Virus record (IMG/VR): IMGVR_UViG_3300033067_000859 | Span: 1-64,000 of that record | Source: a virus | Taxonomy: Duplodnaviria; Caudoviricetes | Length of the DNA: 64,000 nucleotides | Reading direction: 5' to 3' (one strand) | Shown here: one piece after another, positions 26,990-40,000 of the stretch | How positions within the stretch are numbered: position 1 is the first letter of the stretch | Layout of the letters: each line of letters opens with the position of its first letter | Program-made: the position numbers and the translations under genes | Notes under the pieces: model-generated | Told to the model about the DNA's origin: nothing | What the model saw: only the letters and a program-made list of their open reading frames with translations | Databases searched by the model: none

Positions 26990-28030
26990 TTAAGATATCA
27001 CTTGACTCGGGGCTATTGTATACCCTAGCCAGGGAGCAGTGTCGAGAAACGCCGCAGATGGACGGCTGACTACTAGATTAGAGCGCATACTGCTAACCAT
27101 AGTATCATTGTAGTTGCCAATTGGCGACAGTGCCGAACCATTTACAAAAGAGGCAATCACAGTAACAGTCTTGCCTAAGTTTCCGTTGATGTTATCGTTG
27201 TCGGTAACTGACATTTCAACCTTTAGATAATCTAAATCACTGCCGTATCCATATCTGTAATCGTATGAATAATTCTGATAAGCATAGCCTACATAATTTT
27301 GCTGGAAGTGCTTTACTAATGAAGATCCAACATTCCGATGCGCCCAAAATCCGCCATTGTCTTGATCTAATACAAAGTCCTTGTCTCCGTAGTAGTCGCC
27401 TGGCTGGCTATCATTTTTCAGTGTATTTTTGTAACCGATTACAATTGTACCAGCAGCCTGACACATGTCAGTCCAAAACAGTGTTCTTGGAGTAGTCACG
27501 CTTGCTACTGTAGAGAAACTTAGCTTTAGCTTGCCACCTGCATTAAAAAAGTGTCTAGCTGCATCGGCTGTAGGAAATGTCACTGTATGAATCAACTTTA
27601 GGGTCGTTGAATTCTGTTGTCCCCATGTAGCAGTGTATGAAGACGTCACCGGAGCATCGTCGCTACTCGAGTAAGACAATCCCACATTGTCGTATGCTAA
27701 CTGAATGTTTGGTGCGTAAGTTGATCTCGGTCTAATGAGTTCTCCAGTATCGAGTGCGTACTGCCCTGCATATGTCCCGGGACCCTGCTGATGATCGCGC
27801 ATCCTAACAATCACAGCATCTAAGTTATTCCACTCGTCTTTAGTAACAACGTCACCAACTTCAACGGGTGCAATATACTCATCGCTTTGGCCGTATCCGT
27901 ACGGACCGAACCCTGTGCCCCAGAGTAGGCCTGCACTAGGTGCGCCAGCAGTCAAAGTTCCGTCTTCGCTGCCAGTAGCAAGGATGTTATAATCACCCTT
28001 GCGAATAATGTTACCAGTTACGTATGCCAT
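26990..28030 (-). CDS. Virion structural protein (tail/fibre associated)
   Basis: MAY... N-terminus; Gly/Thr/Tyr-rich beta composition; located in the tail module. Confidence 0.65.
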   Translation of the reverse strand: MAYVTGNIIRKGDYNILATGSEDGTLTAGAPSAGLLWGTGFGPYGYGQSDEYIAPVEVGDVVTKDEWNNLDAVIVRMRDHQQGPGTYAGQYALDTGELIRPRSTYAPNIQLAYDNVGLSYSSSDDAPVTSSYTATWGQQNSTTLKLIHTVTFPTADAARHFFNAGGKLKLSFSTVASVTTPRTLFWTDMCQAAGTIVIGYKNTLKNDSQPGDYYGDKDFVLDQDNGGFWAHRNVGSSLVKHFQQNYVGYAYQNYSYDYRYGYGSDLDYLKVEMSVTDNDNINGNLGKTVTVIASFVNGSALSPIGNYNDTMVSSMRSNLVVSRPSAAFLDTAPWLGYTIAPSQVIS

Positions 28031-28033
28031 GTT

Positions 28034-29329
28034 TTACAAGCTTATTCTAACAATTGCTTCTACTAGACCCACGTCTGCGGAGTCCTTGTTGGCTAAGGCA
28101 CGGCCAATAACGTTCCACGGAGTAATTTCTTCACGGCTAGCTGCACGAGCCAAACCGTTTCCGGCGCTCACTAGTCTATCATTCTTCTTAACTAGGCCAA
28201 TGACTTTAACAGGAACACGGCCCACGCTAGCTACTGCGGGATGAGTTTCGTCGGTGCCGGCTTTGCTATTCATTAAGTATGCAGGATCTGTACTAATTAC
28301 CCCAAATACATCTTCGGACAATTCATCAGTAACCAGTGTGATCTCTTTATTGCCGCCTAGAGCAACTACGGTACCAGGCTCGTATGCTTGGTCAGCTTCA
28401 AAACGCTCAGCCAAGTCAGCATATTGTGCGCTAGTTGCTACACCATGGAATGTAGTAGCATATACATCTTTTAATCCGTAAGCCTCAGTACCAATGCTCC
28501 AGCGATCAGGATCTAAAAGAGTAACGTCGCCTCCCAGAATCAAAGAACTGGGGTTATTAAGTTGTACAGTATCGGCAATTTCTTGAACACTACCAGTACT
28601 ATCTCTTCTAACATAGTTTACTGGAGCGATGCCACCAAGTCTTAGAGAATTTTCAACAGTTCCCCAGATTGTATTTCGCGGTACGCTAGCATACTCTCCA
28701 ACATTGTATTCGCCCAAGTCTGCCAAGGTAAATCCTGGACGAACTGTTTGGTCGTATCCTTCGATGTAAAATCCAACTACTTTAGAATCAGCATCGGCTA
28801 TATAAGGAGTTGGATCCTTGCTCCAAATTCCCGTTATAACATCGTTAACATAAAACTTAATAACTACGTGATCAACCCCGTATGTATCACGAATGGTATC
28901 AGGTATTGCGCCAGTTACACCCTCACTAACACTCCAAAGTGGACCAATTAAGACCCAGCCGCGCTCGGTTCCCGAGAAAGTCTTGAGCTGTTCGTTAACA
29001 GTATCCCACCACTGATCGCCTAAATTTGGATTTGGCGGAGGGGTCGGACTGGCTGTTGCAGACCCGATGTTCTTCCATGTATCATTTGCAGTGCGGACTT
29101 TCATAGTCTTTGCGCCTGCATCATACCACAACTGTCCAGTCAACGGATTAGTTGGCTCTGCTGCATTTGCAAAGTTTTCGAGCAAGTAAACGAAATTTTC
29201 GTTCATAAGTGCCCCGTACCCTGCAAAGTTTTTACCAATTAGGTTTAAACTAGTGTAGTTTATATCTACTGTGCCATCAGCTACTGTTACTAATGATTCA
29301 CCGTTAGACAGTGTTATGTTATATGCCAT
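28034..29329 (-). CDS. Tail fibre/spike protein with a C-terminal intramolecular chaperone-like domain
   Basis: N-terminal LLENFAN...GQLWYD anchor module; C-terminal AQYADLAERF...GRVPVKV. Confidence 0.7.
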   Translation of the reverse strand: MAYNITLSNGESLVTVADGTVDINYTSLNLIGKNFAGYGALMNENFVYLLENFANAAEPTNPLTGQLWYDAGAKTMKVRTANDTWKNIGSATASPTPPPNPNLGDQWWDTVNEQLKTFSGTERGWVLIGPLWSVSEGVTGAIPDTIRDTYGVDHVVIKFYVNDVITGIWSKDPTPYIADADSKVVGFYIEGYDQTVRPGFTLADLGEYNVGEYASVPRNTIWGTVENSLRLGGIAPVNYVRRDSTGSVQEIADTVQLNNPSSLILGGDVTLLDPDRWSIGTEAYGLKDVYATTFHGVATSAQYADLAERFEADQAYEPGTVVALGGNKEITLVTDELSEDVFGVISTDPAYLMNSKAGTDETHPAVASVGRVPVKVIGLVKKNDRLVSAGNGLARAASREEITPWNVIGRALANKDSADVGLVEAIVRISL

Positions 29330-29365
29330 TCTTATTGCTCCGCAATTCTTAATTTATACCTGTAT

Positions 29366-30382
29366 TTACCAGGTTGTGCCATCCCATGGCATACGCTTCC
29401 AAATGTCCCCGACGCCGTTATAGCTGCCGAAACAGTAATATATGTATCCTGTGTCAAATGCAATTTTACCAGGAATATCTCCCACTTTGCCTTTGCTTGT
29501 AGTAGGAGGAGTGCCGCCACTAAATGCCGATGTAGATTGCAACGATGTGCCATCGTTAAATCTCACCGCAGTAGTATAAACATCCGTCCATCGATGACTT
29601 GCATCCCCCAAGGATGCTGTTAAATTACCAGTAGGAATCAACTTAACCCCGCCTACTAATAGACTAGCAGAGCCTAGTGGGTTAATCGTAATAGCAGTAC
29701 CTAGAGCAGTTCCACTAATTGTGTGCCCAGTAAAGTCCAATGATCCTGTTAATCCGGGCCCTTGTGGACCAGTAGCACCAGTAGCACCTGTATCCCCTTT
29801 AGGACCATCGGCGCCAATAGGGCCGCTTGCTCCTCTGCTACCTGTATACCCAGACTCACCTGCAGGGCCAGTTGCACCCCTACTACCTGTATATCCAATT
29901 GGTCCAACTACTGTACTTGCAGAACCTACGTATCCAGTGTCGCCACGCGGACCTGTTGCACCAGCATCACCAATAGGGCCAATTTGCCCTTGTATTCCGG
30001 TTGGGCCGGCAGATCCAGTGTATCCACGGTATCCTTGTGGGCCAGTATCTCCAACAGGACCTGTAGCGCCAGTTGGGCCAGGTAATCCGCTAGGACCGGA
30101 TGCTCCCGGGGGCCCTTCTTCCGAAAATAAATTCCATCGGTTGTCGGCCCAGTACTCAAACTGCTTGGCCCTAGAATTAAACCAGATTTGCCCGTCAATG
30201 GGGTTTTCTGGAGGTGTAGCATTGGCAAAATTTTCCAACAATCTTATAAAATTGTCTGCTACAAACTCTCCGTAGCCATTGGCGCCTCGACCAACAAGAT
30301 AAAGCCCTGTAGAATTATCAATTAATCCATCTTGTAGAATTAATTGAATAGATCCATTTGTTTTACGTACTACATACGGCAT
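29366..30382 (-). CDS. Collagen-like tail fibre protein
   Basis: Long Gly-X-Y run; N-terminal module shared with 28034-29329. Confidence 0.8.
   Translation of the reverse strand: MPYVVRKTNGSIQLILQDGLIDNSTGLYLVGRGANGYGEFVADNFIRLLENFANATPPENPIDGQIWFNSRAKQFEYWADNRWNLFSEEGPPGASGPSGLPGPTGATGPVGDTGPQGYRGYTGSAGPTGIQGQIGPIGDAGATGPRGDTGYVGSASTVVGPIGYTGSRGATGPAGESGYTGSRGASGPIGADGPKGDTGATGATGPQGPGLTGSLDFTGHTISGTALGTAITINPLGSASLLVGGVKLIPTGNLTASLGDASHRWTDVYTTAVRFNDGTSLQSTSAFSGGTPPTTSKGKVGDIPGKIAFDTGYIYYCFGSYNGVGDIWKRMPWDGTTW
29753..30115 (-). repeat. Collagen Gly-X-Y repeat region (about 38 triplets, one SASTVV interruption)
   Basis: [19 protein letters not shown]...GATGPQGPG. Confidence 0.9.
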
Positions 30383-30385
30383 ATT

Positions 30386-31081
30386 TTATCCTGTGCTAGT
30401 TAAGTTTGTGATAGTTTGAACTCGTACAGTGTACTCAATTTGAATTAATCGATTAGATGACTTTTGAACTGGGTGAAACACCACATGCGTTAGCAGTTTA
30501 CCAAGACCGGGGCCAGCCTCAGTGTAGGCTTTTAGTCCCAGTTCGTCAAACACAAATCCGCCGTCAATAGTTTGACTATTATCAAAAGGGGTTTGGCCCA
30601 CATTTAGCAAGTTTCCGGGACTGTATAAGTTAGGCTCACCGTAATCAAGCAAACAAGTAACTAAGATATCTGTATAAACAGTGCCCGGAACATGACGTAC
30701 TTCCATTTTGTTCCTAGTGGGATCTGCATTATTGACACTAGTATTGTCGACATTTTTATAAAATGCAGGATTGTACAAGTCACTGTTTTGAGTTCTAGTG
30801 TTGGCCGGCAAGTAATTGATTACGCCAGTTGGATCAACGGTGGTTCCGCCATTACCAAAATGCATTTCGCAAATAAAATTACGCCCTTTGTTGGCAAGAC
30901 TATATGCCATTGCCTCACTCATATTTTCGTAATGTATAGCATTGGGCTTGTCAACAAAGACTTCTCCCGTTTCGGGATCAGAAATCTTAATGTGTCCCCT
31001 GATGTAAACGCCCGATGTGTCGTCGGGCACCACTGGCTGGGGCTGTTGATTTGTTATTTCTTGGTCAAGATCTTGGTTCAT
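30386..31081 (-). CDS. Virion structural protein (baseplate/tail associated)
   Basis: GNGGT and FDELGL...LTHVVFHPVQK motifs; probable start MNQDL, 5 nt after ATAAATA (31087-31093). Confidence 0.7.
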   Translation of the reverse strand: MNQDLDQEITNQQPQPVVPDDTSGVYIRGHIKISDPETGEVFVDKPNAIHYENMSEAMAYSLANKGRNFICEMHFGNGGTTVDPTGVINYLPANTRTQNSDLYNPAFYKNVDNTSVNNADPTRNKMEVRHVPGTVYTDILVTCLLDYGEPNLYSPGNLLNVGQTPFDNSQTIDGGFVFDELGLKAYTEAGPGLGKLLTHVVFHPVQKSSNRLIQIEYTVRVQTITNLTSTG

Positions 31082-31092
31082 ATTTTTATTTA

Positions 31093-34000
31093 TCATGACA
31101 AATTATGTGGGTTTTGCTTCACAAATAGTGCTGCTGGGTGCTGGCTAGCAATAAACCCAGAGCCATCAGTTGGAGTTCCAGTTCCAGGATTTAACCAGAC
31201 TTTATCCTCTACGTATGTGGCTGTGAAGCGAATGCCGTCGGCAAAATCACTAGCTCTAGCAAATACTATGCTAACTTTTGTTGTATTATTAGAATTGGAT
31301 ATACTAATTGTGTAATCTACGTCAACTGTTAACAAAGTAACACTATTTCGAACTTGTAAAGAGTTCTTAACTAATTCGATGTTGTTTGATACTGCAAAAG
31401 TTGGTACAAATACTGGATTTCTAGCAGTAAACACAAATGCATCAGTATGTTCTATCGTAGTTTCAGGAATAACCCTGTGATAACTTTGATCCTCAACTAC
31501 AGACCCCGCTGCATGTACTTCCGGTGTACTAGTGCCGTTAACTCCTCGTATTGGATTTTTAATAGCATTTAGTGCATTATCAATTTGCCAGAATTCAATT
31601 TTTTCTCCGCCAATGTAGATCATACCAGGGACGCGAAGTCCTGGGTTTGGAAGAGTTACATTGTCCAGAGTTTCTACGTAAATTCTATCGTCGTCGTATC
31701 GCAAATCTTGAACAAGTTTAGTTGTTTTTGCAGACGAGACTACTAGATACGAAGTAACGTCCCTAGAGTCTTTGTCAATTCTGTATATGTACTTGACACC
31801 AGCAAGATCGTCATCAGTTTCGACCCTAATACTCAAACTATCTGCGGTTACCCCAGGAATTAACTCTTCCGGTGCATAAGATTTAGTAACATCAAAGAAG
31901 CTACCGCCCGAGATGCTAATTTGAGACGGGTCATTTACTGTAGGAATACTTGTACCAGTAGCAGAACTTTCGTTGTATACGCTAGGGTCATTGGACACTA
32001 CGTTGTATGCATACTCTAGTCCAGGAATTATCCTAGTTAAGTCTATGTTTCCAAATTCATCAAACTCTTTTGGAACTTGATTAGGGCCGGGCACATATGT
32101 TGCTGCTATTCTATCATTGGCGTTAGTATATTCGCTGCCCTTAATTGGTGCAAAATTGCCCGAAACAAAAGATTGACTCGAATGTGCTACATTGCAACGA
32201 TATCCTTGACCACGATAGCTTACCATGTCGCCTGCTTGATACTGGATGCCAGCAATCCACTCACGCACCTGTGTAGTGTACGAAGTTCGGTCAAACTTCA
32301 TTACTGTTTTTACAGAACGAACTTTGCGATTAGATATATTTGCATATGCCCTAGCATATGCGCCATCCCCGTTTATAATCACGTGAGGAGTACTCTTATA
32401 TCCCGATCCACTATTTAGGACGTTGATTTGAACAACTTTTCCACTAACATTATCTATCACTGCTTCAGCAGTTGCTCCGCTTCCGCCATCGCTGTTGGCA
32501 ACAATCTTAACTGTTGGTGGCACAGTATACCCGTATCCAGGATTACTAATTGAAATAGATTCAACGCCAAATGTAAAGTTTTTAGACCAATCCTTGTACT
32601 CAGACTGCAAGAACAGAGCACCGTCTTTTGTAGGCATCTCCCCACTTGGGCTTCGGAATCTGCCCAGCTCGGTATCGAAGTACCCAGGCAAGTCAAAGTC
32701 AGTGGTATTAGCATACGCATGATCGATGCCAGAATACTCAATGGTGTATTCTCTAATCTTTGTTCGGTATGGCTTAACTTCATTGATATAATCTTCGTAG
32801 TAATCGTGATTATCTCTAATAAAGTTAGGGTAGGCCTTTAGCTCTTTGATTTTGTGAAGAACTGATATAAAGCTAGTTTTAAAGATCCAGTCTACGTTTT
32901 GTTGCTCACTTAGAATATATCGAATAACAACAAACAAGAACTCGTTGTAATTGTCAACTAAATCGTCAACAAACATATCCTGCTCTAACCCAGTTATTAA
33001 CTGACGAAGCTCTTCGCTGTAATCTCTGTCAAATCCAACTTCTTCAAATGAGTTATTGTCAAACCCAACGTTGTTTTGCTCAACATCCCAGATAGTATCA
33101 AGTAATTTGATAGTACCGTTTTCAACAGCCACTAATTCGGCTGTGTCCTTTGTTGTATACTGGTATACTTCAAATCCGCCAGTGGCCGAGCTGTTGACTC
33201 GTACAATGTCCCCGGGCACTAATGCCAATCTTTCAGTGTCCTTTAGATACTCTACAATATATTTAGGTTTTGTTTCGGGATCGAATCCTTCTTTGTACCA
33301 GTTAGTGTATGTCCATAGGTCCGGAGTTTTGAACGATTGATTCTTGACTAGATCCCATGTACCGTCGGTCAGGACTTCATACAAAGTCCATAGCCCCATA
33401 AAGTTTTCGTCGTTGGCTACTAATGTGCGTTCGCCAACTACCTTAACAACATACTCACGTTCAACAAGGTCAGCAACACGGTGTTGGTATTCGGACGCCA
33501 CAGGCTCTGCATCAACCCCAAAGAATTTAGCACTAGAAAACTTAGAACTATTCTGTAACTTGTAAGATGCAGTTGTGGTCGCAAAAACTTTGTTAACAAA
33601 TTGCACTACGTTTTTCAGTGCCTCGTGCCTGTTGTTGACTAAGGTTTGTCTTGGTCTCACTTCAAGTCCTATGCGCTGACTTGGCTTCAACTTAGCATCG
33701 GGCACTCTTCTCAATTCATTGTCAGCACCTGCAAGACTGTCAACTAACTTGTTAACGATCCTAGGTGGCATCACAGTATCTGACGAGCCTTCCTTAATTA
33801 ATTCAAACTCGCTGTGAATTAAGTTAGAATTCAGAACATGGTCGTAATCTACTTTTAGAATAACATTCTTACCACTTATGAGATTGTCGCAGTTAAATAG
33901 CGCCACGCTGCTATCCGAAAGAATTGCAGCATAAGGAATACCTTGCGACTTAGGATCTTGTAATGCATCCTCTATTGCAGCCGCACTTAACGGCCTGCTA

Positions 34001-37000
34001 ACATCAGATTCAATTGATGTGATGCCACGTACCCAGAAATAGTACTTGGTCTTAATCATGCCAGAACTAGTATCTGCATAGCTCAACTCAACATAGCTCG
34101 AGTCGTTAGAATGCAACGGCTCACCGGTATTGCCAGCAGCAACATATTCACTCGGAATAACATTACTCTCGACCCACTCGTATACAGATACTGTGCTGCC
34201 CGGGAACATGCGACCCCAGTTGTTTACACGGTAAACTAGACTGTCCTGTTCGTAGTCAATAAACTTAACAGTGCTCAGGTCCCACCATGTTTGACCAACT
34301 TGTTGCTTGCCCCAGTGGTAATCGATAGATTCTCTGTTGGGGAACATTGTACCCGAATTGTACATCGCAGGGTCTCTGCTAGATTTATAACTCAAACTGG
34401 ATTCTGCAATGCCCAATGCCTTGCCCCGAGCCGGATCAATGTAATCTAATGTGGCTAACTTAGATTTAGTTTTTATATCAAACAAGCTTATTGCGTTAAT
34501 GCTAAAGACATCAACTGCCGGCTGTTGCGCTCTCTTTACAGACCAGCCCTTGCCCAATGTTGGGTTAGTGTACTGATACACATTACCAGCATTGTGTTGC
34601 TTGGTATCGTTATAACTGGCGCCAATATAAAGAGACGAATCGCTAAAATCAATACCGCAACCAAACTGATCTCCCATTGCCAAGTTAGGGGCGTTAAACT
34701 GCTCGCTAAAGACAAAATTGCCAAATTTGTTTTCCGATGTTGTTGGGTTTGGCATAAAGTCATGGAAGAATACCGATCCTGTTCCGGACTTTACATCAAT
34801 AAATTGTGTAGTCTTACTGTCATACGTTGTAAGCTTGCTATCAAATAGCGAGTAAGTTTGTACGCTGCCTTGAGTACTAGCAATAGCCAATGTTTCGGCG
34901 TCACGTCCAATTTTTACAATCGAGCCAAAATTCTCGCTTTGCGAACTGACTGGCTTTTTAATAACCTGTGCAACTTGATATACTGTTAGGCCCAGATCTT
35001 TTAGTGATGTTCCTGTGCCCGGAGACACGATTAGCTTTCCGTATTCAACTTCAACAATTGATGTTATTAGCAACTGATTGTCCTGATTGCTGGCACGAAC
35101 ACCAGCAATGCCGGCAGTGTTAATGTCAGCAACAACTGAGTCTAATCCCGCACCGCTAAAGACGACCTCGGTCCCGTTTACAATAATACTATGCCCAACG
35201 GTAACTACTGGGTTAGTTGCGGAACCTAGTATCGAACCAAACAACATGCCAGCGTTAACAAATCGTTCAACGATTCCGCCACGGTAAGTTAAGTCAGAGT
35301 ATCCAGGAACGCCAATGTATACGCTGCAATTGTTTTTGCAAATGTCTACACTTGTACCAAATTGAGCTCGATACACCGGGTTAGTTCCAACTAACTCTTC
35401 GGCAATTTGCCAAGTGTCGCCGGCTTGTGATTTAATGTAAACATAAGCTTTACCGGCGTGTATTTGTCCATTAACCGTAGTGCCCGGAGCACCAACAATC
35501 AATTGGCTTCCATCTTTGCTGCACTTTATACTATATCCAAAACGGCTGTCAATTGCTGGCCCAACGCAAGTTTGCGCAAGTTTGTAATAGCTTCTTTGCA
35601 AGATAACAATACTACCGGGCTCTCCGATAATATACTCGCTGCTCAACAATGTTTGATTGTTTTCTAGCTCTAGTTCAATACCTTCCTCTGAAACAAGAAG
35701 TGCAGTAACTGTTGCCGAGAAATTAAGAGTGTTCCTGTTAGAATTCCATGTATAATCCGAACCAAGCTTTAACAACTTTCCGTGTAAGTAAACAGCCAGT
35801 GAATCGATGTCACTAACTTGATAAGGCATCACATACCCATTTGCAGCTTCTGCAACACTGCACACTGTTCGTCGTTCGTCGACTTGAGTGTATTTGTAGC
35901 AGTATACCGAATTGCTGCCCGGTGCACCAATGTACAAATACTGTTCGTTGTCGCTAAGAGCTACGCTAGTACCAAACTCGGATCCATTTAGGGTACTTGG
36001 GTTAGTGATAAGCTGAATTGGTGCAAAGAAAGTAGATTCACGATATTTGTAGACTACCGCTGCACCATTTGATGCGTAACTACCCGGAGCTCCAGCAACC
36101 ACGATAGTGTCTGCCATGTCAACCGAGTGTCCAAGACGTGCTTGGTCAGTGATGTCTCCACTCAAGACTCCCTTTTCTCTAGGGCCCGATTTAAAGAACA
36201 CATGAACACGTCCAGCACCTTCACGGTCGCCAGGTGCACCTACTACAACAAACTGATCGTTGTTTGCAATTTTAACACTAGTACCGTAATGCAAGTCCTG
36301 CGAATAATTACCAAACTGAATATCCAAAGTAGTGTTATAATTCCAAACACCGTTCTTTTCGTAGACTGCCCAGTTATTGCCGGCGTTACTATCAACCCAG
36401 ACAATATCTCCGTCCTTCCAGCCATGTCTTGGTGCAAAGCCCGACACATCGCCGGGATGTTTAAATCTAACAGAATCCAACACAAATAGTGTACCTGTGC
36501 CAGTAACTGCATCTTGCTTAATAGCCGATACTTGAGTATTAGTTAATGTTATATTGAAGCTACGTATGTCAGAAACACTAGTAACTCGATAAAAACCATT
36601 GAATCTGACATCAAAATCTTTTATCACTACAGTGTCGCCGGCAACAAGGCCGTGCGGGAATTCTGTAGTGACTTTGCCAGAGGTGTCTAGACCGTAAGAA
36701 ATTCGAGTTACAGTAGTATCTGTCTCACTAGCACGATAAACGTTCCAGTCCTTAGTCTGATCCTTGGCTACCCAAACTGTGTATCCGCTACTGATAGAAC
36801 TAATGTCTCCGTCAAGTAGCTGATACTGAGATAAGTCAAATAAGGTAGCGTCAACATCGTCGACGTTAACATATCCAGCTGTCTGTACATCAGATTCCGA
36901 TACTGCATTTTGTACACGGTTGATAAACTTTACTGCACCGGGTGCAAATGTTCTGTCCCACAGGTCGCGATCTCGTACCCCAACTATTCCGTCCGGGGCA

Positions 37001-40000
37001 GTTTCATCATCTGCTATGATCGAGATAGCTGTGGGATTATTCCTGTTTAATGACTCATCAAGAACAATCTCCACGCTACGGTTACTTTCAGTTGCACCGT
37101 ACTCACCAACTCTAACTGCCCATTCTTCATGGTAACTAACATCATTGGTTATATCGTTGAAGTTGGCACTCAGCAAGTTTGTAACTGCACTCTTAGTTCC
37201 TTTTTCTTTAATATAGCCCTGGTAGAACTTAGTTTGGCTTGTGTGATTGATGTTGAGATCACTTAGATATTTCCTATCTCTAAAGCCGATCAAGCTGCTA
37301 CTCATTCTAGCCATTTGCGAATCAAGCAAGCTGCTATCTGCATCGTAAATATTAACGAATCTACCAGCATTGTTTGCAAAGTTAGGCAATAGGCCTGTCT
37401 TAATTTCTGACTTGTCGATCTGTTTCCAGTAATTCAAATTGAATGTTGTAGAGGCCGATATCTTCTGGGCTGCTACATAATATTGATTCTTGTAAGCAAC
37501 AAGATCACCTTTAAGGTAGTCGCGACCTGCCTTCCACAAATCCACTTGGGTGCTGTTGTAAACAAAACCAGCTGGATTTAGTGACCCGTCCCAATTAGCT
37601 GTTTTGTTACCGACTAACTTTAGGCGATACTGTCTGCTGCCGGTTTCGGGCTTGTAAATTACATCGCTAAAGACTGTAGTATTTTCAAAAATCAACACAT
37701 GCTCATATTGAACCAAGTTCAGATCAGCAAATGCCACAGTAGATCCAGTGATTGTCTGTAGCTTAAACTCTCCCTGATCACGCATTACTGTAATATCAGT
37801 AGTTCGTATAGCACCAAAATTTGGATCTAGAACTTTGCTGCCTAACGTATTGTTAGTAATTTGGTCAACTACCGAGTTGGTAGACAGTAGCTTTAGAGTA
37901 GTGTTGACAGGACTCAATATTAGGACACTTCCTGCCTTCCAGCCCTGCAAAGTCCATGTTAAAAATTCCTTAGCACTCAAGACCCAGTCTTGCATTGCAG
38001 ATAAATCGGGATTGTATTCATCAAAGATAAATCCTTGAGCAAACAGAAAGCGCTGGTAGCTAACTAAGAAATCTACAACTTGTTGTCGAGTCTTAAATTC
38101 AGTTCCGTAAGGTATAACTAACTTTTGTTTTCTAAAGCCCTTGTAAATAGTTGCCGAAACGTTTTCAACTTTGATATTGTAGCTCGCGCCAGCCGACTCG
38201 CTAGGCACCACAATAAAGTAGGGATTGCTTATATTATAACCGCTAACAGTATAGCCGGTTTCGGTTTTTTCTACAATGACGGCACTGTATGCAATTCTCT
38301 CTAATGGTACACTTTTATTCAAGTAAACAGTGTAACTATCATCGGGTATAACAACAGATTCATTCGTACTAGAGGGACTGTACTGCTCAGCCAATACTGT
38401 TAAGTATTTCTTATCAACAAATCCAGCAACTTTATAACTTAGCTGTACTTGTAAATTATCCAATAATGCTCTTACTTTTGTAGTGCCGTTGATGCCCAGG
38501 CTAGTCAGGTAGTCAACAATCCAATTAACATATCCACTAGATCTAGTGATGCTTGCACCCACAGCTTCGCCGTTGATTGCTACTGTGTTTGGGGTAATGC
38601 GTCGATTGGTTCTCGAATCAACGTACTGCCCGTAATCTGAATTCTTAAAGTATGTATTGGTATCTAGTAAAGTACCAAAGTATATCCCGGGCTTCATAAG
38701 TGCCACTGCGGCCTGCAATGCATAAGGATATTCGCTTGTGCGAGTCCAGGCGGCTTCTACTGGGGCCATATCCCCGACTTGGAAGCTTTCGCTAGCATTT
38801 GCGCTGCTAAACTGAGCAGCTATATGTGACAGGGGTGCTCGTAACTCGCCAGCAGCGTCAACTGGGATAATCTTACTCAAGCCAGGTCGAGCAAATGCAG
38901 TGTGAATTCCTGCCCTAGTTCCGTGCCTAATTATTCCCGCTTCGATGTCATCCCACAAAACTGTGTTGCCGGATGTGTACGGTGCAGGACCGTATTGGTC
39001 TTGCCACCAAGCCGGCTCTTCGGTAAATCCCAACATTTCCCACGGATGGCTATGGGGCTTATCTGTGTCGTAGAAATATTGATAAATTCCTCTCCAGTAC
39101 CCAGGCAAAGCTTGATTAAACAGAATATCTTTACTGTATCTATAATTGTAAGTAAACGGATCGTTGCTAACGAAATAGCTGTTAGAAATATAATCCAACT
39201 TGTTAGAACCAACCCATTTCAAGAAGTTAGAATTTAGAATTTTCTTGAACTCGGCCAACGAGTATTCTGTTGTCCTGAAGCGACCCGGAACCAATGTTCG
39301 CAAATCTAAAATCTCTTTAGATGGATCAACTTTGATATTGTTGTAAATCCTGAGCTCTAACTCTAACAGATACTGATCTCTGAAGTCGCCAAAAGCAGGA
39401 GTTATACTACCGTCATGGCCATAAATTACAGATGTCGGAATTCTGTAAGTAGTGTCTAATTCAATTGCCGGTAAAAACTTAGGATACAGCCCAAGCTTAG
39501 TAGGAGTCTCGGGTATGAAGTTGCCGTCGGTGCTAATATATTCTCTAATTTCAAGCGTGCCGCCAATGGCTGTGGCTAGTGTTTCAGACAATTGTATTGC
39601 TGGCCTAGTTTGATCGAACGTAAAGTCTCGACCAACAACTAACTGATGCCCGTTGTAGTATACTAAAACTGCTTTACTCTGCAATAAAGCATTGTTAAAG
39701 ATGCTACTAATCTTGTACTGTCTTTGGTTAGTATTGAGGATGCTGTAATTGATCGTAGATGATTCGCCGTAAGGAACCATGTCGCTATAATACCAAGGGA
39801 AAGACTTGTTCTTTACTGCATTGATGGATTGTAAAATCTTGTCTACACCGGCTTTGGGATCATCTAAATCCAAGCCCGGAAGAGTAGTACACATTTCAAC
39901 AAATTTGTTCTTGAACTTTGTGTATTCGCGACGTGCATAGTCAATACCAGACATCAAGTTAGCTTGTTCATTAATCAAGAACAAACTAGAATAAATTACA

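Noticed and set aside
29721-30275. Pro-rich 184-aa + strand ORF
   Set aside because: It is the antisense reading of the collagen Gly-X-Y repeat.
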